Origin: an uncultured Bacteroidia bacterium
Lineage (GTDB): Bacteria > Bacteroidota > Bacteroidia > NS11-12g > UBA955
Assembly (NCBI GenBank): GCA_943789135.1
Contig: CALSSY010000018.1
Location: forward strand, 15,908 to 79,907
Direction: 5' to 3'
Length of the DNA stretch: 64,000 bases
Below are positions 41,444 through 51,425 of this stretch, piece by piece. The first letter of the stretch is position 1. Every line of letters starts with the position of its first letter. A program made the position numbers and the translations under genes. Below the pieces are notes generated by a model. That model made no database searches, had not been told where the DNA came from, and saw only the letters and a list, made by a program, of their open reading frames with translations.

Positions 41444-41661
41444 TGAGCACCGAAATATTTACACTGAAAACAGAGTTTATTGCTCTAAATAAACTGTTGA
41501 AATCTCTTGGATGGGCAGAAACAGGCGGACATGCTCACGAATTAATCGATTCTGGGGCGGTTACCATTGATGGTGCCGTAGAATTGCAGCGTCGTAAGAA
41601 AATTCGTTTGGGTATGAAAGTGGAATGCGAGGGGAATAGCGTAACCCTAGTAAATCAATAA
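41443..41661 (+). CDS. S4-domain RNA-binding protein (YbcJ-like)
   Basis: 72 aa (MSTEIFTLKTEFIALNKLLKSLGW…GAVTIDGAVELQRRKKIRLG). Its ATG overlaps the iscA stop (TAATG). Confidence 0.6.
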   Translation: MSTEIFTLKTEFIALNKLLKSLGWAETGGHAHELIDSGAVTIDGAVELQRRKKIRLGMKVECEGNSVTLVNQ

Positions 41662-41807
41662 TTTTAAGTTTCTAAGATTAAATGGTATCGAATAATGGGG
41701 GATTGTAACCTCCCTAATCTATGTATGTTCTTTTCAAGAGCACCAAAGCATTAAGCTATTACAGGCTCAGGCATCAACCTAAACGATTCTGGATCATAAT
41801 GCAAGTT

Positions 41808-42485
41808 CTATATTTTCAATATCCTAGTATATACTAAATTATTATCTTGATTAATTACCTTTAAATAATATATACCAGAATTATAATCACTTAGATCTAA
41901 CGCATACTTTTCAGATTTTAATTCTTTATTGAATAATAAGGTACCCGTCAAACTATAAAGTTCTATTTTTTTAAGTGAACCTTTTTCTAGGATAATATTT
42001 ACTATATCATTTGTAGGGTTAGGGTAAATATTTGCCATGAATCCGTTGATATTTTCAATGTCTAAAACATTACTACCAACAGGAGAGTTGACAAATGCCC
42101 AATTCCAAATAGAAAATGTAGGGTATTTGGTTTCTTTCCAATACAAATTGCCTTCAAATAAACACGCAATATTTGCTGATAAATTTGTTAAGAGTGATTT
42201 TATATGTATTGTGTCACTAGTTGCTAAGTTATGATTAAAAGTAAAATGTTGGTCGCCTACAATTGTGTCAAGAACAATTACTTCGCCTAGTGAATTTGTA
42301 ACTTCCCATACAATATTGTTTTGTTCTTCAGGGAAAGCAAAGTAAAATCCCGAATGAAATATACTGATCTTATCCGGTATTGAACCTACGTTAACGGTTA
42401 AACTACCCTGACAATCGGTTTGTGCTTTTGAAATTTGCGAAAACCCTAAGACTACAGCAATAATTAATGCAATTCTTTTTTTCAT
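41808..42485 (-). CDS. Small T9SS-secreted protein
   Basis: 225 aa with a signal peptide and a C-terminal Por secretion tail (IYPNPTNDIVNI…GIYYLKV). The gene is AT-rich. Confidence 0.7.
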   Translation of the reverse strand: MKKRIALIIAVVLGFSQISKAQTDCQGSLTVNVGSIPDKISIFHSGFYFAFPEEQNNIVWEVTNSLGEVIVLDTIVGDQHFTFNHNLATSDTIHIKSLLTNLSANIACLFEGNLYWKETKYPTFSIWNWAFVNSPVGSNVLDIENINGFMANIYPNPTNDIVNIILEKGSLKKIELYSLTGTLLFNKELKSEKYALDLSDYNSGIYYLKVINQDNNLVYTRILKI

Positions 42486-42597
42486 AATAATTTACGTTTT
42501 GTTTTACTTCAAATTTGCGCCTTTATTACTTTAATTGGTTCACGCTTAAGGGTGAAATTGCTATTATGATATACGAAAGTGAATGGTAAACAGTTAT

Positions 42598-44205
42598 TTA
42601 AGGATTGTTAGATGATTTAACCGCTTCTAATAGCAATGAAATTTTTTTGTATTTTGATTCTTTGATTTCAAAATATTCATACATTCGGCGTAATGAGGAG
42701 CCTATTCCATCAATACTCATATTAGCTTTATCGGCTATATCATTATTACTGATAGTTGGGTCTTCCAATAAGATTGCCAAAACTATCCAATCGGTTTCAT
42801 TCAATTTTCTATTAATCGAATGTTCAATTTTATCTCTATTCAATTTATATGGATTAGAAATTAAAATTAAATCCTTATTGTTTTTATGTTTAAGCTTTTC
42901 AATTTCACTAATGAGCAAATCTCGTTTTACTTGGCTTTTCCGAATTCTATAACGGAAGTAAAAAAATAAAATTAAGATCAGCAATCCACCTGCCATTACA
43001 AGGGAATAAATCAGTTTTATGTGTTTTAATTTTAATTGAGCTTCTTTTTTGCTGGCTTCTAATTCGTTCTTTGCGATTTTAGCATTGAAATCCGTTTTTA
43101 ATGCCTCGCTAATTATGTTGGTCGTATTTTGTTCTATTAATACACTATCTGCATATAGCAAATAACTTTCATTCATTTGAAGTGCATGTTCGAGTTTGTT
43201 TTGTTTTAAGTAGTATTTATATAAGAGTTTAAATAATGCAGTTTTATAACTTTTTTTGGTTCCACTTAGTATGGGGTCTTTAATTTCTTCAGATAATTTA
43301 AATGCTACATCTGGCTCAGAATCTAATATTAATTGCGCTTTTAAAAGTTTAAATGAAATGATTTTATCAAGGTTACCCGTTTTATTGAGCAATTTCAACC
43401 CTTTTTCAATCATTATCCCTGCGGTTTGAGTATTACCGTTATTCTTATGAAAATCCGCTAAGTGATAATAATATTCTGGTAAATAGTATAGGTCGTTCTT
43501 TGCTTTTAATAATTTGTAAGCTCTCTGGAAGTTTTCATTGGCATCTTTGATTTTTCCAATTTTTGTGTAAATCACAGCCGTATTTAACCAAAGAAACCCG
43601 GATTTTGATTCAGCCCTTGCATTTTTGTAAATATCTATAGCTTCTTTATAGTAAGGCAGCGCTAATTCATATAATTCGACTGACTGATATATTCCTGCAA
43701 TGTTATTTAAAACATCCGCAACCCTCATATGGTTGTTTTGTGTTTTAAATAAATTAAGAGCGTCTGTATAAAAATTTATTGCGGATTGGTAGTCTCCCTG
43801 TTCCTGAAGTAGTGCTGCTAGGTTGTTCTTTGTAGAAGCTAAACCATTGTGATCATCTAATTCAGTATAAATGGACATCACTTCTTGGAGTACTTTGTTT
43901 ATTTCAACAATTTTATATCCAAGTAAATAAAAAATAAATGCTTTTTCATTCAGTGCAAGGGCCTCCTCTTTTCTATTCCTTTTTTGAATTGCTAACCTAT
44001 AATGAAATTCAGAAAGTTTTAAAGTGAAACTAGGATTGCCGTTGGTATTTGAAGTATAAAAATCATTAATAGCTTTGAATCGTATTGAATCCTTTTGAGA
44101 TTCATCCTCCCAAATATTTTTTAGTAGCTTGTTTGTAGCATTAGAAATACTAATTGATGCACCAGTAAGAACTATAAGAGCTATGATTAGTTTTATCTTT
44201 TTCAA
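42598..44205 (-). CDS. Membrane-anchored regulator: signal peptide, TPR repeats, single TM, C-terminal LuxR-like HTH
   Basis: 535 aa. N-terminal signal (…SISISNA), about 8 TPR-like repeats, a TM (LIYSLVMAGGLLILILFFYF), and an HTH-like tail (LNETDWIVLAILLEDPTISNNDIADKANMSIDGIGSSLRRMY). Confidence 0.65.
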   Translation of the reverse strand: MKKIKLIIALIVLTGASISISNATNKLLKNIWEDESQKDSIRFKAINDFYTSNTNGNPSFTLKLSEFHYRLAIQKRNRKEEALALNEKAFIFYLLGYKIVEINKVLQEVMSIYTELDDHNGLASTKNNLAALLQEQGDYQSAINFYTDALNLFKTQNNHMRVADVLNNIAGIYQSVELYELALPYYKEAIDIYKNARAESKSGFLWLNTAVIYTKIGKIKDANENFQRAYKLLKAKNDLYYLPEYYYHLADFHKNNGNTQTAGIMIEKGLKLLNKTGNLDKIISFKLLKAQLILDSEPDVAFKLSEEIKDPILSGTKKSYKTALFKLLYKYYLKQNKLEHALQMNESYLLYADSVLIEQNTTNIISEALKTDFNAKIAKNELEASKKEAQLKLKHIKLIYSLVMAGGLLILILFFYFRYRIRKSQVKRDLLISEIEKLKHKNNKDLILISNPYKLNRDKIEHSINRKLNETDWIVLAILLEDPTISNNDIADKANMSIDGIGSSLRRMYEYFEIKESKYKKISLLLEAVKSSNNP

Positions 44206-44255
44206 ACTATTTCTGAAGATTGTGAATTAAATTATGGGTTTGACAATGATAATAC

Positions 44256-46833
44256 TCAAACCACCACATTCACAATTCTATTTTTTACTACAATTACCTT
44301 TTTAGGAGTCTTTCCTTCTGTCCATTTCAAAACAATCTCGTTTTGTAAAACCGCCGCTTCAATTTCTTTAGGGTCTGCATCTGTGGCAAAGGCAATTTGC
44401 GTTCTTGTTTTGCCATTGATACTGATTGGATATGAGAAAGAATCTTCTTTTAGGTATTGATCGTAATATAGAGGCCAAGTTGCAGTATGAATGCTTTCCG
44501 CATTCCCCAAGCGCGACCAAAGCTCTTCGCTCACATGAGGGGCAAAAGGAGCCATTAAGATCAATAAGGGCTCTAAAACGGCCTGTTTTTTACACTTTAG
44601 CGTAGTCAGTTCATTTACGCATACCATAAATGCCGATACCGAAGTGTTAAAGCTCATTTGGGGGATGTCTTCGGATATCTTTTTAATGGTTTTATGTAAT
44701 ATTTTAAGTTCTTCTGGACTTGCGGCATCGGCAGTAACGGCCCATTTTTCACCTTCGTGAAACAAGCGCCAAAACTTCCCAAGAAAACGAGAAACACCTT
44801 CAATACCATTGGTATTCCAAGGTTTAGAATCTTCTAAAGGACCTAAGAACATTTCATACAAACGAAGGGTATCGGCCCCATATTGGGCACAAACGTCGTC
44901 GGGATTGACTACGTTACCCCAGCGCTTACTCATTTTTTGTCCGTCTTCACCCATGATCATGCCTTGGTTCACTAATTTTTGGAAGGGCTCATCCCAACTG
45001 ATGTATCCCAAATCGAAAAGAAACTTGGTCCAGAATCTGCTGTATAATAAATGACCCGTGGCGTGCTCACTACCTCCTATGTATAAGTCAACTTGCTTCC
45101 AATATTCTAAGGATTCTTTTCCTGCAAATGCTTGGTGATTATTAGGGTCGATGTAACGTAAAAAATACCAGCTACTGCCTGCCCAACCTGGCATGGTGTC
45201 GGTTTCTCTTATACCATCGGAATAGGTAACCCAATCGGTAAGAGCTGCGAGTGGACTTTCGCCGGTGCCTGTTGGTTTGTAACTTTCTACTTTGGGAAGT
45301 TCTACCGGCAGTTCATTTAAAAGCGTTGGAATAGTGTTTTTTATAGACAATTGGAAAAGGTTCACCCCAATATCTTTGACGTCCAAATCCGGCTTCACGC
45401 AATTTGTAATTGACTTTACGCGTTCCAATATTACGGGTTTCTACTTCAGATATTGCACGGTTAATGGCTTCTTTTACAGTTAGTCCATTTAAAAAATCGG
45501 AATTAAAACATACACCATCTTTGCTGCTTAGGGCTTCCTTTAAAGGTGTTGTGATTTCTGAATCGTTCGGTTTTATTACGGGTACGATGGGTAGATCGAA
45601 TTTTTGAGCAAATTCGAAGTCCCTTTCATCATGGGCAGGAACTGCCATGATAGCTCCAGTTCCATAGCCGGCTAAAACATAATCCGAAGTCCAAACTGGA
45701 ATGGGTTCATTCGTGAACGGGTTTATGGCATATGCACCGGTGAAAACTCCGGTTTTTTGGGTGTCTGCCATCCGTTCGATTTCTGATCGTTTTTTTGCGA
45801 TTTCCGCATATTTTGAAACTTCATCGCGTTGTTCTGGTGTGCATATGTCTAATAAATAGGAAGTTTCGGGTGCTAAAACCATATAGGTAGCCCCAAAAAG
45901 TGTATCAGGACGGGTGGTAAATACGCGTACCACTTGATTGTGGTTTTGAATTTGGAAATCGATTTCAGCACCTTCGCTGCGACCGATCCAATTACGCTGG
46001 ATCTCTTTAATGGAATCGCTCCAATCGATACGATTGAGCCCTTCTAGCAATCTATCGGCATATGCGGTAATACGCAAACTCCATTGCTTCATTTTCTTTC
46101 GAACTACGGGGTAACCGCCGCGTTCACTAACACCATTTACCACTTCTTCGTTGGCCAATACGGTTCCGAGTTCGGCGCACCAATTGACGGTAGTTTCATC
46201 TATAAAGGCAAGTCGGTAATGGTTCAATAAACGTTCTCTGTCTGCTTCATTGAGTGCGTTCCAAGTTGCGGCTGAAAATGTTTCTTTCGCGTTATGATGG
46301 GCATTAAGATCTGCGCTGCCGTGCTTTTCAAAATGAGATACAAGGTCGGAGATGGGGCGAGCTTTTTGCTGGGTTTTGTCATACCAATGTTCAAAAAACA
46401 ACCCAAAAATCCATTGTGTCCATTTGTAATAGGCAGGATCGCAAGTTTTAACTTGTCGGTCCCAATCAAATGAAAATCCGATTTTATCCAACTGCTCACG
46501 GAAGCGTTTTACATTGGCCTCCGTTGTAACAGCAGGGTGTTGGCCTGTTTGAATGGCATATTGCTCCGCGGGCAATCCAAAAGCATCGTATCCCATAGGA
46601 TGCAACACATTATAACCCGATAATCTCTTGTAGCGTGCAACGATATCAGATGCGATATAACCTAAAGGATGTCCGACATGTAATCCGGCTCCGGATGGAT
46701 AAGGAAACATATCAAGTACATAATATTTAGGTTTTTCTACATTATTACTTACGTTATAAAGCTTGTTTGCAGCCCATTTTTGTTGCCATTTGGCTTCGAT
46801 TTCTTGGAATTGATATTGGTGCGAATCAGACAT
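44256..46833 (-). pseudogene. leuS: Leucine--tRNA ligase, split by one frame break in a T6/A6 run (45337-45342)
   Basis: ORF 45313..46887 holds the N-terminal part with HVGHP. ORF 44256..45428 holds the C-terminal part with KMSKR. Coding TATAAAAAACACT reads [24 protein letters not shown] if the run is A5 instead of A6. Confidence 0.9.
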
Positions 46834-46885
46834 TTCGACTGCAAAAATACGAAGAGGCGTTCTTTTTACCGACCTTTGTGGGTTC

Positions 46886-47881
46886 ATGGCAGAAAGTAAT
46901 TTTATTGACTATGTAAAAATCTGTTGCCGTAGCGGCAATGGAGGCGCTGGTAGTCGTCATTATTTTAGATCAAAAATGAGCCCAAAAGGTGGGCCAGACG
47001 GAGGGGATGGAGGAAAAGGCGGTGATATTATCTTGAGTGGTAATGCTCAAATGTGGACATTACTGCATTTAAAGTATAGAAAACATATTATGGCCGGACA
47101 TGGAAATCCGGGTGGCGAAAGTTTCAGCACAGGTAAAAGTGGAGAAAGTATAATTTTGGACGTTCCACTAGGCACCGTTGCAAAAGATGCAGAAACGGGT
47201 GAAGTCATATTTGAGATTACCGAAGATGGTGAAAAACGCGTTCTTGTTCCTGGAGGTAGTGGCGGCTTGGGTAATGCCCATTTTGCGACACCCACAAACA
47301 GAGCTCCACAATATGCGCAGCCCGGTATTCCCGGTATTGAACAGTGGATAATTCTAGAACTAAAAGTATTAGCAGATGTGGGATTAGTTGGGTTTCCAAA
47401 TGCTGGGAAAAGCACGCTTTTGAGTGTCATTTCAGCAGCCAAACCAGAAATTGCAGATTACCCATTTACCACAATTGTGCCTAATTTGGGTGTGGTTTCT
47501 TACAGGGATTATAGAAGTTTTGTAGTAGCGGATATTCCAGGAATCATTGAAGGAGCCCATGAAGGTAAAGGACTTGGACATCGATTTTTAAAGCATATTG
47601 AACGAAATGCGGTTTTGCTCATGCTCATCCCTGCAGACAGTCCGGATCATTTCAAAGAATATAAAACCTTAATGCACGAACTTGAAGCATTTAGTAAGGA
47701 ATTGGTGATGAAGGATAAGATTATTGCTATAAGTAAGAGCGAGATGCTTGACGATGAACTCAAAGAAGCCATTCAAGAAGAAATGAAAGATATCAATCTG
47801 CTATTCTTCAGTTCTGTTACACAGCAAGGTCTTACCGAACTTAAAGATGTCCTTTACAGAGCCATCGAGTCTAATTCTTAA
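46886..47881 (+). CDS. obg: GTPase Obg/CgtA
   Basis: 331 aa. Gly-rich Obg fold (GGDGGKGGD) and G1 motif [11 protein letters not shown]. Confidence 0.9.
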   Translation: MAESNFIDYVKICCRSGNGGAGSRHYFRSKMSPKGGPDGGDGGKGGDIILSGNAQMWTLLHLKYRKHIMAGHGNPGGESFSTGKSGESIILDVPLGTVAKDAETGEVIFEITEDGEKRVLVPGGSGGLGNAHFATPTNRAPQYAQPGIPGIEQWIILELKVLADVGLVGFPNAGKSTLLSVISAAKPEIADYPFTTIVPNLGVVSYRDYRSFVVADIPGIIEGAHEGKGLGHRFLKHIERNAVLLMLIPADSPDHFKEYKTLMHELEAFSKELVMKDKIIAISKSEMLDDELKEAIQEEMKDINLLFFSSVTQQGLTELKDVLYRAIESNS

Positions 47882-47929
47882 CTTGCTTTGAAATCCCTAT
47901 TTTTGCCTAAATACACGATTCTAAGAGAT

Positions 47930-50044
47930 ATGAAATATACAGTTGTTAGCATTTTATCGGTGGTTTATTCCTTAACCGCATGGTCACAATCTTCACAACC
48001 ACAAACCTCAGCATTGCCGAAGGCAAACGATGAAAATCCTATCATTTTTACTGTTGCGGGGAAACAAGAAGTTTCTTTGGATGAATTCGAAAGACAATTT
48101 CTTAAGAATTTAAATCTAAAAGAGAAGTCCATTACCGCAGAAGATGTGGATACGTATTTGAAACTTTATGTGCGTTTCAAACTTAAAATTCAAGACGCCT
48201 TGGATGCAGGTAAAGATAGCGCGGAAGCTTACAAACGCGAATTGGCTATGTACCGCGAGCAATTGGCGAGAAATTATCTCTACGACAGAAGCGTTACCGA
48301 TAAATTGATTAAGGAAGCCTATGACCGTATGCAAGAGGAAGTAAACGTTTCTCATATTTTGATTCGTTGCGATCGCAATGCCTCACCCGGTAAGGTGAAT
48401 TCCATTATGAAACGTATGACTGAAATTAAGAAGTCTTAGAAAGGGATCCCTCAGAGAAAAACTTTGCTGATTTGGCGATAAGCGATTCAGAAGATCCAGG
48501 TTCTAAATCGGCTGGAGGTGCATTGGGTTATTTAACGGCTTTACAAGTTGTTTATGAGTTTGAAAATGCGGCTTACGAAACTCCAGTTGGGGGAATTTCC
48601 GATGTATTCAGAACAGATTTTGGTTTCCACATTTTACGTGTAAACGATAAACGTAAAAATTTAGGCGAGGTTAAGGCGCGTCACTTGCTGATTAGAACGG
48701 GTAATAATGCCGCTCAATCTCTGAGGAAGCTGAAAAGTTGATTCGTGAAATCCATGCCAAAATAGTAGCTGGTGAGTCTTTCGAGGAAATGGCAAAGAAG
48801 CACAGCGAAGATTTCAGTTCTAAATATTCTGGTGGAATCATGAATGCCGTGAGTGTTACCCAGTTTGTGGGTGATATAGAACGTCAGAAATGGGCAGAAA
48901 CTGCTTTCAATTTGAAGAATTCCGGTGACATAACCGAGCCTTTTCAAACGAATTACGGTTGGCATTTATTGCAGTTGGTGGAAAAGAAACCTTTGAAATC
49001 TTTTGATGAAATGAAAGTAATCTTGCGTAATAAAGTGCAGCAAAATCAGCGTTCACAAATTGGAATCGATTCATTAGTAAGTCGTGTTAAACGCGAAGAT
49101 CGTTTTGTAGAAAATTCGGTATTATCTAGAATGATATATCAAGATATTGGAAAAGGATTCAGGCTTTATCAAGGGCAAGTTTGATCCGTTGAGTCTTGCC
49201 AGAGGAATTAACGATAAATGAAAATGGTCAAAAAGGTAAACTTAGCAATTTTTTGATGCAGCATTATTCCAGATTGCTAATCAGGCATTTACCGTTGAGC
49301 AATTTGCAGGTCGTTTGGCCGCCCAAAAACGCAAATTGAAGGGTCCCGTAGACGATTATATCGCGAGATTTATAGCGCTTGGGTGCAAGAAGCATGTGTA
49401 TCCTATCAAAATGAACATTTAGAAGAAAAGTCACCTGAATTCCGACATATCTACAAGGAGTATCGCGAAGGAATTTTGATGTTTAACAGAATGCAGGAGA
49501 TGGTTTGGGAAAAAGCCAATAAAGATTCTGTAGGATTGGCGAGTTACTTTAAAGAGAATATTAGCGATTACCAATGGGACGATCGCTATCATGCCGCGTT
49601 CTATGTTCTGCTCCAATAAGAAAATGATGAACGATGTAGCCAAACAAATGAAAAAAGGTTGGCCATTAGATTCTATTAGAAAAGTACATACTCAAAAAAG
49701 TCAATTGGACTTTAGTTATCGATTTGGTAAATATCAGTTGAGTGATACCTTTCTTGTTTCCACAAAGAGACCCATTAAAAATGGTATTTGCAGATGAGAA
49801 ATATGCCAAGAAGAAAAATAAAATCTATAAAATGGGCCAAATTGGTGAAGACTTTGTGGTGGTTCAGATTTATGATTTCTTGCCTTCTGGACCTAAATCA
49901 TTGGAGGAAACTAGAGGTCCGGTGGCATCAAAATACCAAGAGGTTTTAGAGCAACGTTGGATTTCAGACCTTGAATCCCGCTACGATGTGATAATAAACA
50001 ACGAAGCGGTAGCCAACTTTAAAGCAAAACTTAATGTTAAATAA
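47930..50044 (+). pseudogene. PpiC/SurA-type peptidylprolyl isomerase (about 700 aa), at least 5 frame breaks
   Basis: Pieces 47888..48439, 48472..48741, 48738..49184, about 49185-49380, 49383..49619, 49591..49797 and 49742..50044 tile one parvulin-type protein (signal peptide; FGFHILRV, YGWHLLQL rotamase blocks). Confidence 0.7.
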
Positions 50045-51425
50045 AACGCAAAAAATTGGATTGCAATTATTTGCAATTATTGCATTTTGCTTCTTTGGGA
50101 AGTTAGCAGCACAACCGGGTGTTTCTGTTGCTGCGCTACCTCCACAATATGCGGATGGGATTTTGGCTGTTGTAGGAGATCAGATTATATTACATAGCGA
50201 CTTTGAAACCGAAAAGGTGCAATTGGCAAGAGGTCAAGAACTACCCGATACGCAACAAATGTATTGTTACGTTTTGGAGCAGCTTGTAATACGGAAATTA
50301 TTGCTTAGTCAAGCGGAATTGGATAGTTTGCCTTTGGATGATGACCGTGTAGAAGCGGAGATCGACAATCGAATACGTAATTTCCAGAGACAAGCAGGTA
50401 GCTTACAAGAACTTGAGCGTTATCTTGGTAAGACCATTCAGGAATTTAAGGAAGAAATTCGCCCCAAAATGCGTGAACAACTCTTGTCACAACAAATGGA
50501 ATCTACCATCACGGGTAATGTAAAAGTAAGTCCACAAGAAGTTCAGGAATATTATAAAGAAATCCCCGAAGACAGTTTACCGGTTATTCCGACCGAGGTC
50601 GAAGTGGCTCAACTTTTAGTGGAGTTGCCTATTTCAAAGATATCCGAAGATTTTGCTCAAGATCAATTAAAGGATCTAAAGAGGCGTATTTTAAGAGGGG
50701 AATCGTTTGAGAAATTGGCACGGGCTTATTCTATGGATCCAGGTTCAAAAAACACCGGTGGTATGTTACCCGAGTTTGGAAGAGGAGAAATGGTAGGTGC
50801 TTTTGAACGTATGGCTTTTAAACTTAAGGAGGATAGTATCTCAGACGTGTTTAAAACGGAGTTTGGTTATCACATAATGAAACTCAAGAAACGCAAAGGG
50901 GAAAGAATCCTAGCCGCTCATATTTTGATACGGCCTGAAAATACTTCGGATGATTATATGAAAGCTTCCCAGAAAGCAGACAGTATATACCAATCTTTAC
51001 AGAGCAACGAAATTGAATGGTGCGATGCTGTTAAGAAATATTCTTCAGAGAAACTAGGAAACAGAGGTTACTGCGGATTTATGGTCGATCAGGCCACCGG
51101 TTTGCAAAAGAATTTATTCGAAGGTCTTCCAACGGATGTTAAATTGGTAGTGGAAAAGATGAAAGAAGGAGAATTTTCAAAGCCCGCTATTACCATGACT
51201 CCTGATGGCAGAAGTATGTATCGAATTTTATATTTAAAGAAATTTGTAGCACCACACCGTGCTAATTTGATACAGGATTACAGCCGCATTCAAATGGAGG
51301 CTGAAAGTCGTAAGAAACAGAAAGCACTCGAAAAATGGGTCGATAAGTTCAGACAGAAAACCTTTATTCGGGTTATGGCACGCGATATTGAATGTGATAA
51401 TTTAGCACGCTGGAATAATGACTGA
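50034..51425 (+). CDS. surA: SurA-like periplasmic chaperone / parvulin PPIase
   Basis: 463 aa. Signal peptide, SurA N-domain-like region, and a PpiC domain (FGYHIMKL). Confidence 0.75.
   Translation: MLNKTQKIGLQLFAIIAFCFFGKLAAQPGVSVAALPPQYADGILAVVGDQIILHSDFETEKVQLARGQELPDTQQMYCYVLEQLVIRKLLLSQAELDSLPLDDDRVEAEIDNRIRNFQRQAGSLQELERYLGKTIQEFKEEIRPKMREQLLSQQMESTITGNVKVSPQEVQEYYKEIPEDSLPVIPTEVEVAQLLVELPISKISEDFAQDQLKDLKRRILRGESFEKLARAYSMDPGSKNTGGMLPEFGRGEMVGAFERMAFKLKEDSISDVFKTEFGYHIMKLKKRKGERILAAHILIRPENTSDDYMKASQKADSIYQSLQSNEIEWCDAVKKYSSEKLGNRGYCGFMVDQATGLQKNLFEGLPTDVKLVVEKMKEGEFSKPAITMTPDGRSMYRILYLKKFVAPHRANLIQDYSRIQMEAESRKKQKALEKWVDKFRQKTFIRVMARDIECDNLARWNND

Noticed and set aside
41662-41807. 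The 146-nt gap after the S4-domain gene, considered as a possible small RNA or att site marking the edge of the AT-rich cassette.
   Set aside because: I saw only a weak 4-bp stem (GGGA…TCCC), no tRNA-like or repeat structure, and no match to the other cassette border.
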